DNA of 64,000 nt from Paludibacter sp. (GTDB lineage Bacteria > Bacteroidota > Bacteroidia > Bacteroidales > Paludibacteraceae): contig JAQUYE010000003.1 of assembly GCA_028691965.1 (NCBI GenBank), positions 6,713 through 70,712 on the forward strand, read 5' to 3'. Shown in pieces: positions 52,371 through 61,967 of this stretch. The notes beneath the pieces are model-generated. The model saw nothing but the letters and a program-made list of their open reading frames with translations. It did not search any database and had not been told where the DNA came from. Both the position numbers and the translations under genes were made by a program. The first letter of the stretch is position 1; each line of letters starts with the position of its first letter.

Positions 52371-53096
52371 ATGGATGTACAGTTATTTGTTCCGTGTTTT
52401 ATTGACCAACTCTACCCACAAACAGCCTTCAATACCATTAAGGTACTGGAAGCTGTCGGATGTACAGTACACTACAATCCCGATCAGACCTGTTGCGGTC
52501 AACCGGCCTTTAACAGTGGTTACTGGCCTGAAGCAACGCGACTGGCTACAAAATTTCTTACCGACTTTAGCCCGGATATGCCGGTTGTTTCGCCATCAGC
52601 ATCCTGCACAGGCTATGTTATCCACCAGTATCCTAAATTACTGAAGGACCGACCTGACGAACTTGCCATCCATACGCAACTTAAAAGCCGGGTATACGAA
52701 TTGTCCGACTTTTTAGTAAACACGCTCTCTATTACGTCACTTCCCGGTAACTTTCCTCATAAAGTAACTTTCCACGATGCTTGTTCAGCACTCCGGGAAT
52801 ATGGAATTAAAGAAGAGCCCCGACAGCTGCTTCGCATGATGAAGGGACTTGAGATCGTCGAAATGAATGAAAGTGAAACCTGTTGCGGATTCGGGGGCAC
52901 CTTTGCCGTTAAGCACACTTCCATCTCTGCAGCAATGGCCGAAAAGAAAGTACTCAACGCACTGGCCACCGGGGTAAAGTACATTGTCAGTACCGAGGCC
53001 TCCTGCCTGATGAATATCAACGGATATATTGCCCGTCATAAATTGGATATAAGGGGGGTTCACCTGGCCGATATAATAGCAGAGGGTATTGAGTAA
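52371..53096 (+). CDS. lutA: CCG-domain Fe-S protein, LutA/YkgE (lactate utilization A) family
   Basis: LFVPCFID, QTCCGQP, SASC, FHDAC, CCGFGGTF, SCLMNI. Start at ATG 52371. Confidence 0.82.
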   Translation: MDVQLFVPCFIDQLYPQTAFNTIKVLEAVGCTVHYNPDQTCCGQPAFNSGYWPEATRLATKFLTDFSPDMPVVSPSASCTGYVIHQYPKLLKDRPDELAIHTQLKSRVYELSDFLVNTLSITSLPGNFPHKVTFHDACSALREYGIKEEPRQLLRMMKGLEIVEMNESETCCGFGGTFAVKHTSISAAMAEKKVLNALATGVKYIVSTEASCLMNINGYIARHKLDIRGVHLADIIAEGIE

Positions 53097-53194
53097 AAAG
53101 ATTAAACAAGTAAAAACTATTCAAAAAAGGTAAAAATGTAGCGTACAGCACACTATTTGATCGGCAAAAACAAGTCAGCAGCCTAAAAAAGATG

Positions 53195-53202
53195 TACCTT
53201 TG
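53195..53202 (+). promoter_or_regulatory. -7 promoter element (TACCTTTG) for the CotH gene
   Basis: TAnnTTTG match; places the true start at 53231 or 53237. Confidence 0.6.
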
Positions 53203-53230
53203 GGGCCTGACACTTAGATCACATTTCTTT

Positions 53231-56200
53231 ATGCTGATGAAATACACACTTACTTTTCTTGTTGCCCTTCTTACTCTCACCCTGCCTGCACAACTTCGGA
53301 TTAATGAACTGATGACAAATAATGTATCTGCCGTCTGGGACGATGCCTATAATTTCAGTATGTGGGTAGAACTATACAACCCTACCTCTTCTTCGATATC
53401 ACAAAGTTACTACTACCTGACCGACAATCCGGAAGAGCCGCGTAAGTGGCAGCTTCCTTCAAAAGTGATAGCCTCCAACGGATATAGCATTTTATGGATG
53501 GAGAATCCTGACCGCACGAATCACGCTCCCTTTAAATTAGACCCCGACGGAGGGGTGTTGTACCTGTTAACTTCCACAGGTGCAGTTGCCGACTATGTAC
53601 TTTACCCGGCACAACATCGTAATGTTTCATATGGTCGGCTGACCGATGGAAGCGAGACTTTCGTGTTTTTTGAGGATTTTAGTCCGGAGGCCTCCAACAA
53701 TGGTCGTGCTACCGGCTCCGAAAAATGTGCAATGCCCGTCTTGTCAACCCCCGGTGGCCTGTACACCGGATCAGTCGTTGTACGTTTCGAACCTCCGGTG
53801 GCAGGCGACACCATTTACTACAACCTGAACAGTAATGAGCCTACCCGTAACTCACTTCGCTACTCGCCGGGTAGTTCCATTACTATATCGTCCAACTCGG
53901 TTGTCAGGGCAAAGACCTTCAGAAAAGGCAAATTGTCGAGCGATGTTACCACGGCCACCTACCTGATTGGCCAACGCAACTTTAATCTACCGGTCGTTTC
54001 CATCGTTACTCCTCCTGCTTACCTTACCGATAATACAGTCGGCATTTATGTGGCCGGCACCAACGGAATTCCGGGGAACGGCGAGTCGGCACCACGCAAC
54101 TGGAATCAGGACTGGGATCGTCCGGCCAACTTCGAATTGTTCGACAAGCAAAAGGTAAACCGCCTGAATCAGGAACTGGATATTCAAATCGGAGGGGGCT
54201 GGTCGCGCATGAATGCACAGAAATCCTTACACATCAAACCTAAAAAGAAATTCGGGAACAACAAGCTCTCCTATCCCCTGTTCGGATCACGCAACATTCA
54301 GGAGTACCGCGATATATCCATGCGCAACTCAGGGAACGACTTTAAATACTCCATGATGCGCGACGGGATGATGCAATCATTAATTATCGGCAGGATGGAC
54401 CTGGATTACCTGGCCTACGAACCGGCAGTTATCTATGTTAATGGTGTATACTACGGCATCCAGAATATTCGCGAACGTTCTAATGCCGACTTAATTTACA
54501 CCTCTCATGGACTGGATGAAGAGGAAATACTTCATCTGGATGGTATGTCGCCGGGGCATCCTCAGTTTCAGGAAATGCTGAACTATATTCTGAATAATGA
54601 CATACGTCAGCCAGCTGTATACGAACAGCTAAAAACGATGATGGATGTCGATAATTACATGGAGTATATGATGACGCAGATCTTCGTTGGGAATTACGAC
54701 TGGCCGCATAACAATGTAAAAATATGGAAGAAGATCGATGGCGGTAAGTGGCGCTGGATTCTTTACGACACCGATTTTGGCTTTAACCTCTATGATGGCA
54801 GTCTGCACTCCTTTAACTCACTGGCCTATGCCCTGGGCGAAAACTCCGGCAAAACAACCGAAGCCTGGGCTACCCGCCTGTTCAGCAGATTAGTGCTAAA
54901 CGAGACCTTTAAAAATGAGTTCATCGATCGTTTTAGTATTCACTTATCTTCAACCTTCACTACTCAGCGAATCAATCATACTATCGATTCACTGGCCTCC
55001 AAAATTCGTCCCGAGATTACCTACCACAAAAACCGTTGGGGGTCCGACCGGGCGTTTGAATCGGACATTAACACAATGAAGACTTTCTCATCGGCCCGTG
55101 CAAGCAATATGCTTGGATTTTTACGAAACAGATTCCTGAACGGAGCTGCACTCCAATCCATCGATCTAAGTTCCAATATCACAGCTGCTACCTATACCTT
55201 CAACAATCAACTAATCAGCGATCATGCAATCAGTCTTAACAGCTTCAACGGACGAAGCTTCACGCTAAAGGCCAACGATAGTAAAGGGTATAAGTTTAAA
55301 CATTGGGAACTAACAGGCACTACTCAGAACCAGACTGTAATCCCCTGGGATAGTCAGTGGAAATACTGGGATGGATCCTCCACCCCTGCTGCCAACTGGC
55401 AAGCCCTCACCTATTCCGATGCCACCTGGAAAACCGGAGTAGCGCAACTGGGATACGGTGGAAAGGGAGAAAAAACGACTGTTGGTTATGGAAACGATGC
55501 AAACAACAAGTATCCAACTGCATATTTTAGAAAGTCATTTGCTCTTCAGGATGTAACGTCGATCAATTCGGCCACCATTCGCATCTTTGTCGACGATGGT
55601 GCAGCTGTGTATGTGAACGGAACTGAAATCGGCAGGTATAATCTTCCCGGAGGCAGCCTGACATTTAACACCTATTCAACCACCTACAACAACGGTGAAT
55701 ACGCCGACTTTACCATTCCATCCTCGCTGCTGCGGAATGGTACCAATGTAATAGCCGTTGAAGTACATCAAACCAACGCTACCAGTTCTGACCTCATCTT
55801 TAACCTCGAACTCAACACGCAGACTGTTCTTGCAGGCTCTGCTGTCAACACCAACAAAAGCATCTCAGGAGTCCTTACCAGCAATGTACGTTACAGAGCT
55901 ATTTACGAAGAAGATACAACTCCCGACCCGGTAGTTACTGCCTCCCTGTTCATCAACGAACTAGTTGCATCCAACTCGACAATTGCCGATGAATACGGTG
56001 ATAAGGATGATTATTTCGAATTGTACAATGCTGGCGATCAGCCGGTAGATGTGTCAGGTTGGTTCGTATCGGATAAACCAACGCTACCCCGACTATGGCA
56101 GTTACCTGTCGATGCACAGGCCGTGGTTCCGGCTAAGGGCTTTCTGGTGCTATGGGCCGACGAACAACCCGATCAGGGTCCGCTTCATGTCGACTTTAAA

Positions 56201-56611
56201 CTAAGTGCCTCCGGTGAATTCGTAAGTCTGTATGCCGAAAACAAGTTTGGAGAACTGCTACTAATGGATTCCATCACCTTCCCGGCACTACCATCTAATC
56301 AGTCCTATTCGCGTGTACCGGATGGTAGTCAGCATTGGATCATCCAATCGCCAACACCCCTTGGTACCAATATAAGTTCCCATACTGATCTAACACCGTT
56401 TACCGTGAGGGTTTATCCTACTCAGTTCAGCGATTACCTTACTGTCGAAAACACCGGCGGGCATCCAATCGGGTTATACGATCTGACCGGCAAACAGCTT
56501 TACCACTCCATCAGCAATGATCAATCGGTAACACTGGAACTCTCGCACCTGCAATCAGGAATTTATTTGATTAAAGTAGGCGATCAGGTATTCAGGGTGA
56601 GTAAAAGGTAA
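53231..56611 (+). CDS. T9SS-secreted CotH-family kinase with two lamin-tail domains and a beta-sandwich domain
   Basis: Signal peptide; INE...WVELYN and INE...YFELYN; CotH motifs NGVYYG, NYDWPHNN, WRWILYDTDFGF; DDGAAVYVNG; CTD VYPT...GIYLIKV. Confidence 0.85.
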   Translation: MLMKYTLTFLVALLTLTLPAQLRINELMTNNVSAVWDDAYNFSMWVELYNPTSSSISQSYYYLTDNPEEPRKWQLPSKVIASNGYSILWMENPDRTNHAPFKLDPDGGVLYLLTSTGAVADYVLYPAQHRNVSYGRLTDGSETFVFFEDFSPEASNNGRATGSEKCAMPVLSTPGGLYTGSVVVRFEPPVAGDTIYYNLNSNEPTRNSLRYSPGSSITISSNSVVRAKTFRKGKLSSDVTTATYLIGQRNFNLPVVSIVTPPAYLTDNTVGIYVAGTNGIPGNGESAPRNWNQDWDRPANFELFDKQKVNRLNQELDIQIGGGWSRMNAQKSLHIKPKKKFGNNKLSYPLFGSRNIQEYRDISMRNSGNDFKYSMMRDGMMQSLIIGRMDLDYLAYEPAVIYVNGVYYGIQNIRERSNADLIYTSHGLDEEEILHLDGMSPGHPQFQEMLNYILNNDIRQPAVYEQLKTMMDVDNYMEYMMTQIFVGNYDWPHNNVKIWKKIDGGKWRWILYDTDFGFNLYDGSLHSFNSLAYALGENSGKTTEAWATRLFSRLVLNETFKNEFIDRFSIHLSSTFTTQRINHTIDSLASKIRPEITYHKNRWGSDRAFESDINTMKTFSSARASNMLGFLRNRFLNGAALQSIDLSSNITAATYTFNNQLISDHAISLNSFNGRSFTLKANDSKGYKFKHWELTGTTQNQTVIPWDSQWKYWDGSSTPAANWQALTYSDATWKTGVAQLGYGGKGEKTTVGYGNDANNKYPTAYFRKSFALQDVTSINSATIRIFVDDGAAVYVNGTEIGRYNLPGGSLTFNTYSTTYNNGEYADFTIPSSLLRNGTNVIAVEVHQTNATSSDLIFNLELNTQTVLAGSAVNTNKSISGVLTSNVRYRAIYEEDTTPDPVVTASLFINELVASNSTIADEYGDKDDYFELYNAGDQPVDVSGWFVSDKPTLPRLWQLPVDAQAVVPAKGFLVLWADEQPDQGPLHVDFKLSASGEFVSLYAENKFGELLLMDSITFPALPSNQSYSRVPDGSQHWIIQSPTPLGTNISSHTDLTPFTVRVYPTQFSDYLTVENTGGHPIGLYDLTGKQLYHSISNDQSVTLELSHLQSGIYLIKVGDQVFRVSKR

Positions 56612-56617
56612 GCGGGA

Positions 56618-58054
56618 TTAGTCAGCCCATTCGTAAGCGCCGGCATCCGGAGCCCCATCTGCCAGTCTGCTCCGCCCTCTCAGGTCGGTCGGATAGCGTT
56701 GCGCAATTTCCGGATCTGCCAGTCCCCGCACAGGAGACACAGAATCGGGTAAGAAACTAAAGTACAGTTCATCTTCCAGATCCTCACGGGTCGATGCAAA
56801 TACAGTGTCGTTGGGTGCCGACCAGCGAATCCTGCTGAATTGAGGCAACTCAAGGGCTTTAGTCCTTTTCACATAACTGGAGGTAACGCTGGCTTTGTAC
56901 AACTCACTAAAACGGGACGCTATCGAAAGCTCATTCTGAGCTGAACCCGCAATAACACTATTCACAATATTCGTTTCCATCGGGAAACTTCGGGCCAGCG
57001 CCATCATCATAAAGGCAGGAGCTTTATCCCGGGAGACTGATTGTGCAGAACTATTACTGAAGTAGTTGGCGATAGTACAATGGTAGAAATCATGCTTGCC
57101 ACCGTTGAGATATACCGTATACCCTCCCGAATTGGTGATAGCCGAATTACTGACCACCATATCACCGTTAATAGCTACCAGATTATAAAACAGAAAATTG
57201 TGAATACGACTGTTCCTGATTTCCAGAAACGGTTTGTGTTGTTTGTCCTGGTTAATATAATAAACACCCACGTATCCACTACTAATATTGACATGGCTAA
57301 GTAAATGATTCCCCTGAGGATTCATCAGGTAAACCCCTCCCCACTGACCCGCTACAAGATTATAGGGTACCGGAGTAACAAAACCTATCCGATCCATCCT
57401 ATCGCCCCGAAGCAACACCGGCTGCTCCTGCGTACCTTCCGCTTTCAGGTTCCCGAACACCATCAGGTTTGAATTATGATGAAAATAAAGATGGGTACCC
57501 GGAGCTAACCGCAGAGTCGCTGCCGAATCAACCACCAGATCTCCGTACACCAGGTAAGGAAGCGTACTATCCAACACAGTATCCGACATAACGGTAACCG
57601 CCCTAAGCACCTCCATATCCTGACCGAAGGCTTCGAGTACCATTTTGGTATTCCCTTCCGAACTGCTTAACACCAGTGAATCACGAATCAGCACCGGCGA
57701 GTTTTGCTCTAAAGGATCGACTTTTACCTCTACAAACACATACATTGAATCTTTTCCACGTAGTGTAAGCGGACCGAACGAGTGATCTTCATTCGTCGAA
57801 CCATCCACATTAATACGAAACGACGACTCCCGCCCCCCTGCCAGTCGCAGGTTATCGATAGTTACCGGTTTTGCATCCTTATTATATACCAAAATACGGG
57901 CAGTTGCACTACCAATGGTAGTAAACACCGTATCAAAGGTAAGCGTATCCTTCGAGAAGGATAGAATTCCTGAGTCGGCCAGGTCGGGCTTATCATCACA
58001 GGATATAAGCAAAACACCGATAAAAAGGGAAAAAAGAATAAGAAAGCGCTTCAT
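56618..58054 (-). CDS. Surface lipoprotein with Ig-like and beta-helix domains and a choice-of-anchor-Q-like tail
   Basis: LLISC lipobox followed by DD; FSKDTLTFDTVFT; C-terminal DLRG...PDAGAYE. Confidence 0.65.
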   Translation of the reverse strand: MKRFLILFSLFIGVLLISCDDKPDLADSGILSFSKDTLTFDTVFTTIGSATARILVYNKDAKPVTIDNLRLAGGRESSFRINVDGSTNEDHSFGPLTLRGKDSMYVFVEVKVDPLEQNSPVLIRDSLVLSSSEGNTKMVLEAFGQDMEVLRAVTVMSDTVLDSTLPYLVYGDLVVDSAATLRLAPGTHLYFHHNSNLMVFGNLKAEGTQEQPVLLRGDRMDRIGFVTPVPYNLVAGQWGGVYLMNPQGNHLLSHVNISSGYVGVYYINQDKQHKPFLEIRNSRIHNFLFYNLVAINGDMVVSNSAITNSGGYTVYLNGGKHDFYHCTIANYFSNSSAQSVSRDKAPAFMMMALARSFPMETNIVNSVIAGSAQNELSIASRFSELYKASVTSSYVKRTKALELPQFSRIRWSAPNDTVFASTREDLEDELYFSFLPDSVSPVRGLADPEIAQRYPTDLRGRSRLADGAPDAGAYEWAD

Positions 58055-58759
58055 TTATTCAAAATTCAGGGTGAACATCAGAATTCGGGAGAATAGTCCT
58101 GACAATGCATTCGTATACATTAAACTCGTTGTATTGTCGGCAGTAGGATATTTAGGAGTCAGGATATTGGTCAACCCGAAATTCATACGAACCTCCGGCG
58201 ACAATTTAAAATAACGAAAGTACAGATCACATCCTACACCGGCAGTAAAGAACACATCCGACATATTCAGGGTGACTTCGCGCAATTCATCCCGACCGAA
58301 ATCAAAGTAAGCACCCATCCCTGCCTCCACATAGGGTTTGAAGTTTCCAAAGCGCTCGGCACTATACCGCACTAACAAAGGAAACTCAATCGGCAGAGAA
58401 AAGATATTTACGGTATGCACCGAGTCGGCAAACATTCCCGTCGACGGATTAAAAGCCCTGAAGCTCAGGTTTCGTTCGCCCAACAACAGCGAAGGAGTAA
58501 ACCGCAGACTCAGATAGCGGTGTAAACGCAGGTCGGTAATCAGTCCGACTGTAAAACCCGGTACCACTTGCGATACATCCGAATAATAGATCTTACCATC
58601 CTGCTCCAGCTCCGAATGCTCCGGCTTCAGGTCCATAATATTAGTACCTAACAGAAAACCTAACCGGAAGACTTTAAAGTCCATGTCGGTCAGGTTTCCC
58701 TGTGCGTTTACCGGCATAAGCGCGATAATCAGAAATATGGTAAGTAATCCGTTTTTCAT
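58055..58759 (-). CDS. porT: T9SS outer-membrane beta-barrel PorT
   Basis: Signal peptide; LGFLLG, PGFTVGLITDLRL, LRFTPSL, GCDLYFRYFKLSPE, C-terminal FE. Confidence 0.82.
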   Translation of the reverse strand: MKNGLLTIFLIIALMPVNAQGNLTDMDFKVFRLGFLLGTNIMDLKPEHSELEQDGKIYYSDVSQVVPGFTVGLITDLRLHRYLSLRFTPSLLLGERNLSFRAFNPSTGMFADSVHTVNIFSLPIEFPLLVRYSAERFGNFKPYVEAGMGAYFDFGRDELREVTLNMSDVFFTAGVGCDLYFRYFKLSPEVRMNFGLTNILTPKYPTADNTTSLMYTNALSGLFSRILMFTLNFE

Positions 58760-58818
58760 TTCCCGTGTTCTACAGCCTTTAAACGCAGCCAGAAGCTGAT
58801 TATTGCTTTATAGGCCTG

Positions 58819-58826
58819 CAAAGATA
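58819..58826 (-). promoter_or_regulatory. -7 promoter element (TATCTTTG) for porT
   Basis: TAnnTTTG match on the minus strand. Confidence 0.6.
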
Positions 58827-58855
58827 CGCAGAAACACCGGAATTCAGAACTTATT

Positions 58856-60331
58856 TCAACGAGTGGTTACCTTCAGGAACTGCTTGTACTTCTGATTCCA
58901 TAGTTCAGTATCTTCAGGCTCGTATACTTTCAGGTCGACCGACTTACTGATACTTTCGCGCATTTCCTCAATACTGGCATACAAACCGGCACTTTTGGCC
59001 TGCATCATAATATTCCCGATAGCAGTAGCTTCGGTCGGACCGGCAACCACATTCACACCCAGCGCATTGGCAGCAAACTGATTCAATAGTGCATTTTTAG
59101 AACCACCCCCGATCACATGGAGTTGTTCGATCGGATAGCCGGCAAACTCTTTCAGGTAATCAAACACCTGACGATAACGCATGGCCAGACTATCAAAAAT
59201 ACAGCGGGTAATTTCAGCTTTTGTACGGGGTACTTCCTGTCCCGACTCCGAACAATAATCCTGAATGGCCTTCACCATGGATACCGGATTGGCAAAGGCA
59301 GGATCGTCGGGATTAATGAAGCTCACAAAACCTTCCGACTGACGGGCATCGGCAATCAATTGCGGATAAGCATTATCCTCAGCATTCACACCCCACTCCA
59401 GACGGCTCTTTTCGAGCAACCACATACCACATATATTTTTAAGGAAACGGATAGTACCTTCGATGCCACCCTCATTTGTAAAATTCAGGGCCGAACTCTT
59501 TTCGTTAATAATGGGTTCGGTAGTTTCGATTCCCATCAGCGACCAGGTACCCGAACTAAGGTAAGCAAAACGGGAACCGGAAGTAGGTACTGACGCCACT
59601 GCCGAGGCAGTATCGTGACCGGCAACAGCTATTACCGGAATGGCACCCATACCAGTCTGACGCTGAACCGACTCCGACAGACCGCCAATTACTGTTCCCG
59701 GAAGTACGAACTTTCCAAACTGACCGGCCTTCACGCCTAATAAACGCAGCACTTCAGGATCAAAATCACGGGTACGCGCATCGAGCATCTGAGCTGTCGA
59801 AGCAATCGTATATTCAGTTACAGCTACACCAGTAAGCATGTATGAAAGCGCATCGGGCATAAACAATATCTTTTCAGCCTGCGAAAGCACTGTCGAAGCG
59901 TTTTCACGCATGGTATCCAGTTGAAATACAGAATTGAAATTCATAATCTGAATACCGGTACTACTATAGAGCTGGTCGCGCGACATTTTCTCAAAAAAAC
60001 GTTCGGGCGCATTTGTTGTATGTGGATCGCGGTAGCTGTACGGATTTCCCAGCAGTTCGCCATTTGTATCAAAACATGCAAAATCAACACCCCAGGTGTC
60101 GATACCGATGGAAACCGGAACAATACCTTCGTCGGAGATTAATTTCAATCCTTCCAGTATATTCTGATACAAGTTCAGAAAATCCCAGTAGAAATGGCCG
60201 TTAGCTTCAATGATCTTATTAGGAAAACGGTTAATCTCACGTAATTCGATAGAATCGTTACGAATTATACCAAGAATGGTACGTCCGCTGGTAGCACCCA
60301 GGTCGATAGCAACAAAGTTTTTTGTATTCAT
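58856..60331 (-). CDS. rhaB: Rhamnulokinase / L-fuculokinase (FGGY family)
   Basis: AIDLGATSGR, GIDTWGVD, YRDP, GHDTASA, SSGTWSLMG, TNEGG, LKNICGMWL, GGGSKN. Confidence 0.9.
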   Translation of the reverse strand: MNTKNFVAIDLGATSGRTILGIIRNDSIELREINRFPNKIIEANGHFYWDFLNLYQNILEGLKLISDEGIVPVSIGIDTWGVDFACFDTNGELLGNPYSYRDPHTTNAPERFFEKMSRDQLYSSTGIQIMNFNSVFQLDTMRENASTVLSQAEKILFMPDALSYMLTGVAVTEYTIASTAQMLDARTRDFDPEVLRLLGVKAGQFGKFVLPGTVIGGLSESVQRQTGMGAIPVIAVAGHDTASAVASVPTSGSRFAYLSSGTWSLMGIETTEPIINEKSSALNFTNEGGIEGTIRFLKNICGMWLLEKSRLEWGVNAEDNAYPQLIADARQSEGFVSFINPDDPAFANPVSMVKAIQDYCSESGQEVPRTKAEITRCIFDSLAMRYRQVFDYLKEFAGYPIEQLHVIGGGSKNALLNQFAANALGVNVVAGPTEATAIGNIMMQAKSAGLYASIEEMRESISKSVDLKVYEPEDTELWNQKYKQFLKVTTR

Positions 60332-60352
60332 GATATCAGTAGTTTATAGGCG

Positions 60353-60416
60353 CAAATATAAGGCATAACTCTGGAACCACAGTGTCATTTTTGACCTGAA
60401 TAATTTGTAAAATGAC
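60353..60416 (-). promoter_or_regulatory. rhaB promoter (-7 TATATTTG 60353-60360) with an upstream inverted repeat GTCATTTT-N17-AAAATGAC
   Basis: Consensus -7 element; perfect 8-bp inverted repeat at 60384-60391 and 60409-60416. Confidence 0.55.
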
Positions 60417-60478
60417 CAATTGTAGCGTTAAATACCCTATAAAGATTTAAAAAACTTTTCAGGATAAAGAAAAGTTTC

Positions 60479-60486
60479 TACATTTG
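60479..60486 (+). promoter_or_regulatory. -7 promoter element (TACATTTG) for the ferredoxin
   Basis: TAnnTTTG match 37 nt before ATG 60523. Confidence 0.65.
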
Positions 60487-60522
60487 CGGTGCTAATTAGT
60501 ACTAACTATAAATCTATTTAAA

Positions 60523-60690
60523 ATGGCTTACGTAATTAATGAGGATTGCATCGCTTGCGGATCATGTATCAGCGAATGTCCGGTTGATGCAATTTCAGAA
60601 GGTGACATCTATGTTATTGACCCTGATCTGTGCACCGACTGTGGAACCTGTGCCGATGTTTGTCCTTCGGAAGCAATCCATCCGGCATAA
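60523..60690 (+). CDS. 2[4Fe-4S] clostridial-type ferredoxin, 55 aa (missing from the ORF track)
   Basis: Hand translation MAYVINEDCIACGSCISECPVDAISEGDIYVIDPDLCTDCGTCADVCPSEAIHPA*; two CxxCxxCxxxCP motifs. Confidence 0.97.
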   Translation: MAYVINEDCIACGSCISECPVDAISEGDIYVIDPDLCTDCGTCADVCPSEAIHPA

Positions 60691-60708
60691 TTGACTGTAA
60701 ATAGTCAT

Positions 60709-60749
60709 AAAAACAACCCTCTCCGCTACCGGAAAGGGTTGTTTTTTTT
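60709..60749. terminator. Bidirectional intrinsic terminator between the ferredoxin and the USP gene
   Basis: AAAAACAACCCT...AGGGTTGTTTTTTTT. Confidence 0.85.
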
Positions 60750-61845
60750 ATACATGCGTTACAAACAAAGGTACATCCGAATGGTAGATCATTTTGTAGG
60801 CAAGGCCGGGATTGAAAATCCGGGAGAAAAGATTCTTCCGGCGCGAATTAAAGGCCAGCACATCCACACGGGTATTTTCAACAAAGGCTGAAATCTTATC
60901 CGGCGAATTGGTCGACTCTACCAGTTCGTAATTCGTCTTTAGCAACGGATAGTGATTTTTAAAATAGGTTTTAATACCTGTGAGCATAATCTCATCCCAC
61001 ACCTGCTTCTTATCGGAAGCATGGATAAAGGTCAGTTCCAGGTCATCCTTTTTAAAGGTGGAGATAACCTTATCAATTGCAATCAGGTCTTTTTGATCAA
61101 AATTGGTTATAAAAGCAATACGTTTTATCGAATCCATCGACTCAAACTGCATCTGGGCAGGCAGAGCAAACACAGGCACTTCGCACGACTCGATCACTTC
61201 GGCAGTAACACTGCCAATTAGCTCTCCGGATATTTTCTTTCCCCTGGTTCCCATAACAACCAGATCCGGATTGTATTTCTTGCAATAGTCGAGAATTTGA
61301 TCTTCGGGCACTCCTTCTTTCAATTCAAACCGAAACTCTATATCCGGCAATTCACCGGCAGCAATTCGTTTACGAATAAGATTGTTCATATTATCAACAT
61401 CCGCGTTGGCCGAAGTGATAATTCTTCTCAGCAATTCACCATCGCTTATGGAGTAAGTGCTCACGTCGTTGTTCATGGAAATGGTAAACGCCGGACTAAA
61501 ATAAACATACATCATGATTACCCCGGCACCCATGCTGGCAGCAGTATGAAAACCGATGTCGATCGTATTTTGGTTGTAGTCGGCAAAATCCAACGGAATT
61601 AATACCCGTCGTGTAACTTCCTTTTCCTGTTCACCCTCCCAGGCCTTTTCCATATCCTCCACAATTTTCAATGCCCTGGGTAAGTCGTTTTCATAAATAC
61701 GAACCCTTACGCCGACGGCCATTTCGGGATGTTCCAGGTTTAAATTGTGAATCACCGTTTCAATACCTTCCTTCTCCAGCACCGATTTTATCATCTGTGC
61801 ACGCTGGTAGGTACGAATAGCCAATGTAACTAACTTATCTTCCAT
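60748..61845 (-). CDS. Tandem universal stress protein with N-terminal DUF2007-like domain
   Basis: AQMIKSVLEKEGI N-domain; VLIPLDF, DLVVMGTRG..IGSVTAEVI, second USP domain ending in PLFV. Confidence 0.85.
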   Translation of the reverse strand: MEDKLVTLAIRTYQRAQMIKSVLEKEGIETVIHNLNLEHPEMAVGVRVRIYENDLPRALKIVEDMEKAWEGEQEKEVTRRVLIPLDFADYNQNTIDIGFHTAASMGAGVIMMYVYFSPAFTISMNNDVSTYSISDGELLRRIITSANADVDNMNNLIRKRIAAGELPDIEFRFELKEGVPEDQILDYCKKYNPDLVVMGTRGKKISGELIGSVTAEVIESCEVPVFALPAQMQFESMDSIKRIAFITNFDQKDLIAIDKVISTFKKDDLELTFIHASDKKQVWDEIMLTGIKTYFKNHYPLLKTNYELVESTNSPDKISAFVENTRVDVLAFNSRRKNLFSRIFNPGLAYKMIYHSDVPLFVTHV

Positions 61846-61967
61846 TACTTGAAAATTTAGTGTTTAACATGCTTCGTCCTGTCTTTATAACATTTATTCA
61901 GATACATTAGTTCTGAAATGATTAAATTTATCTATTTTTGCAGAAGAAATAAGCTTAAAACAGAATA

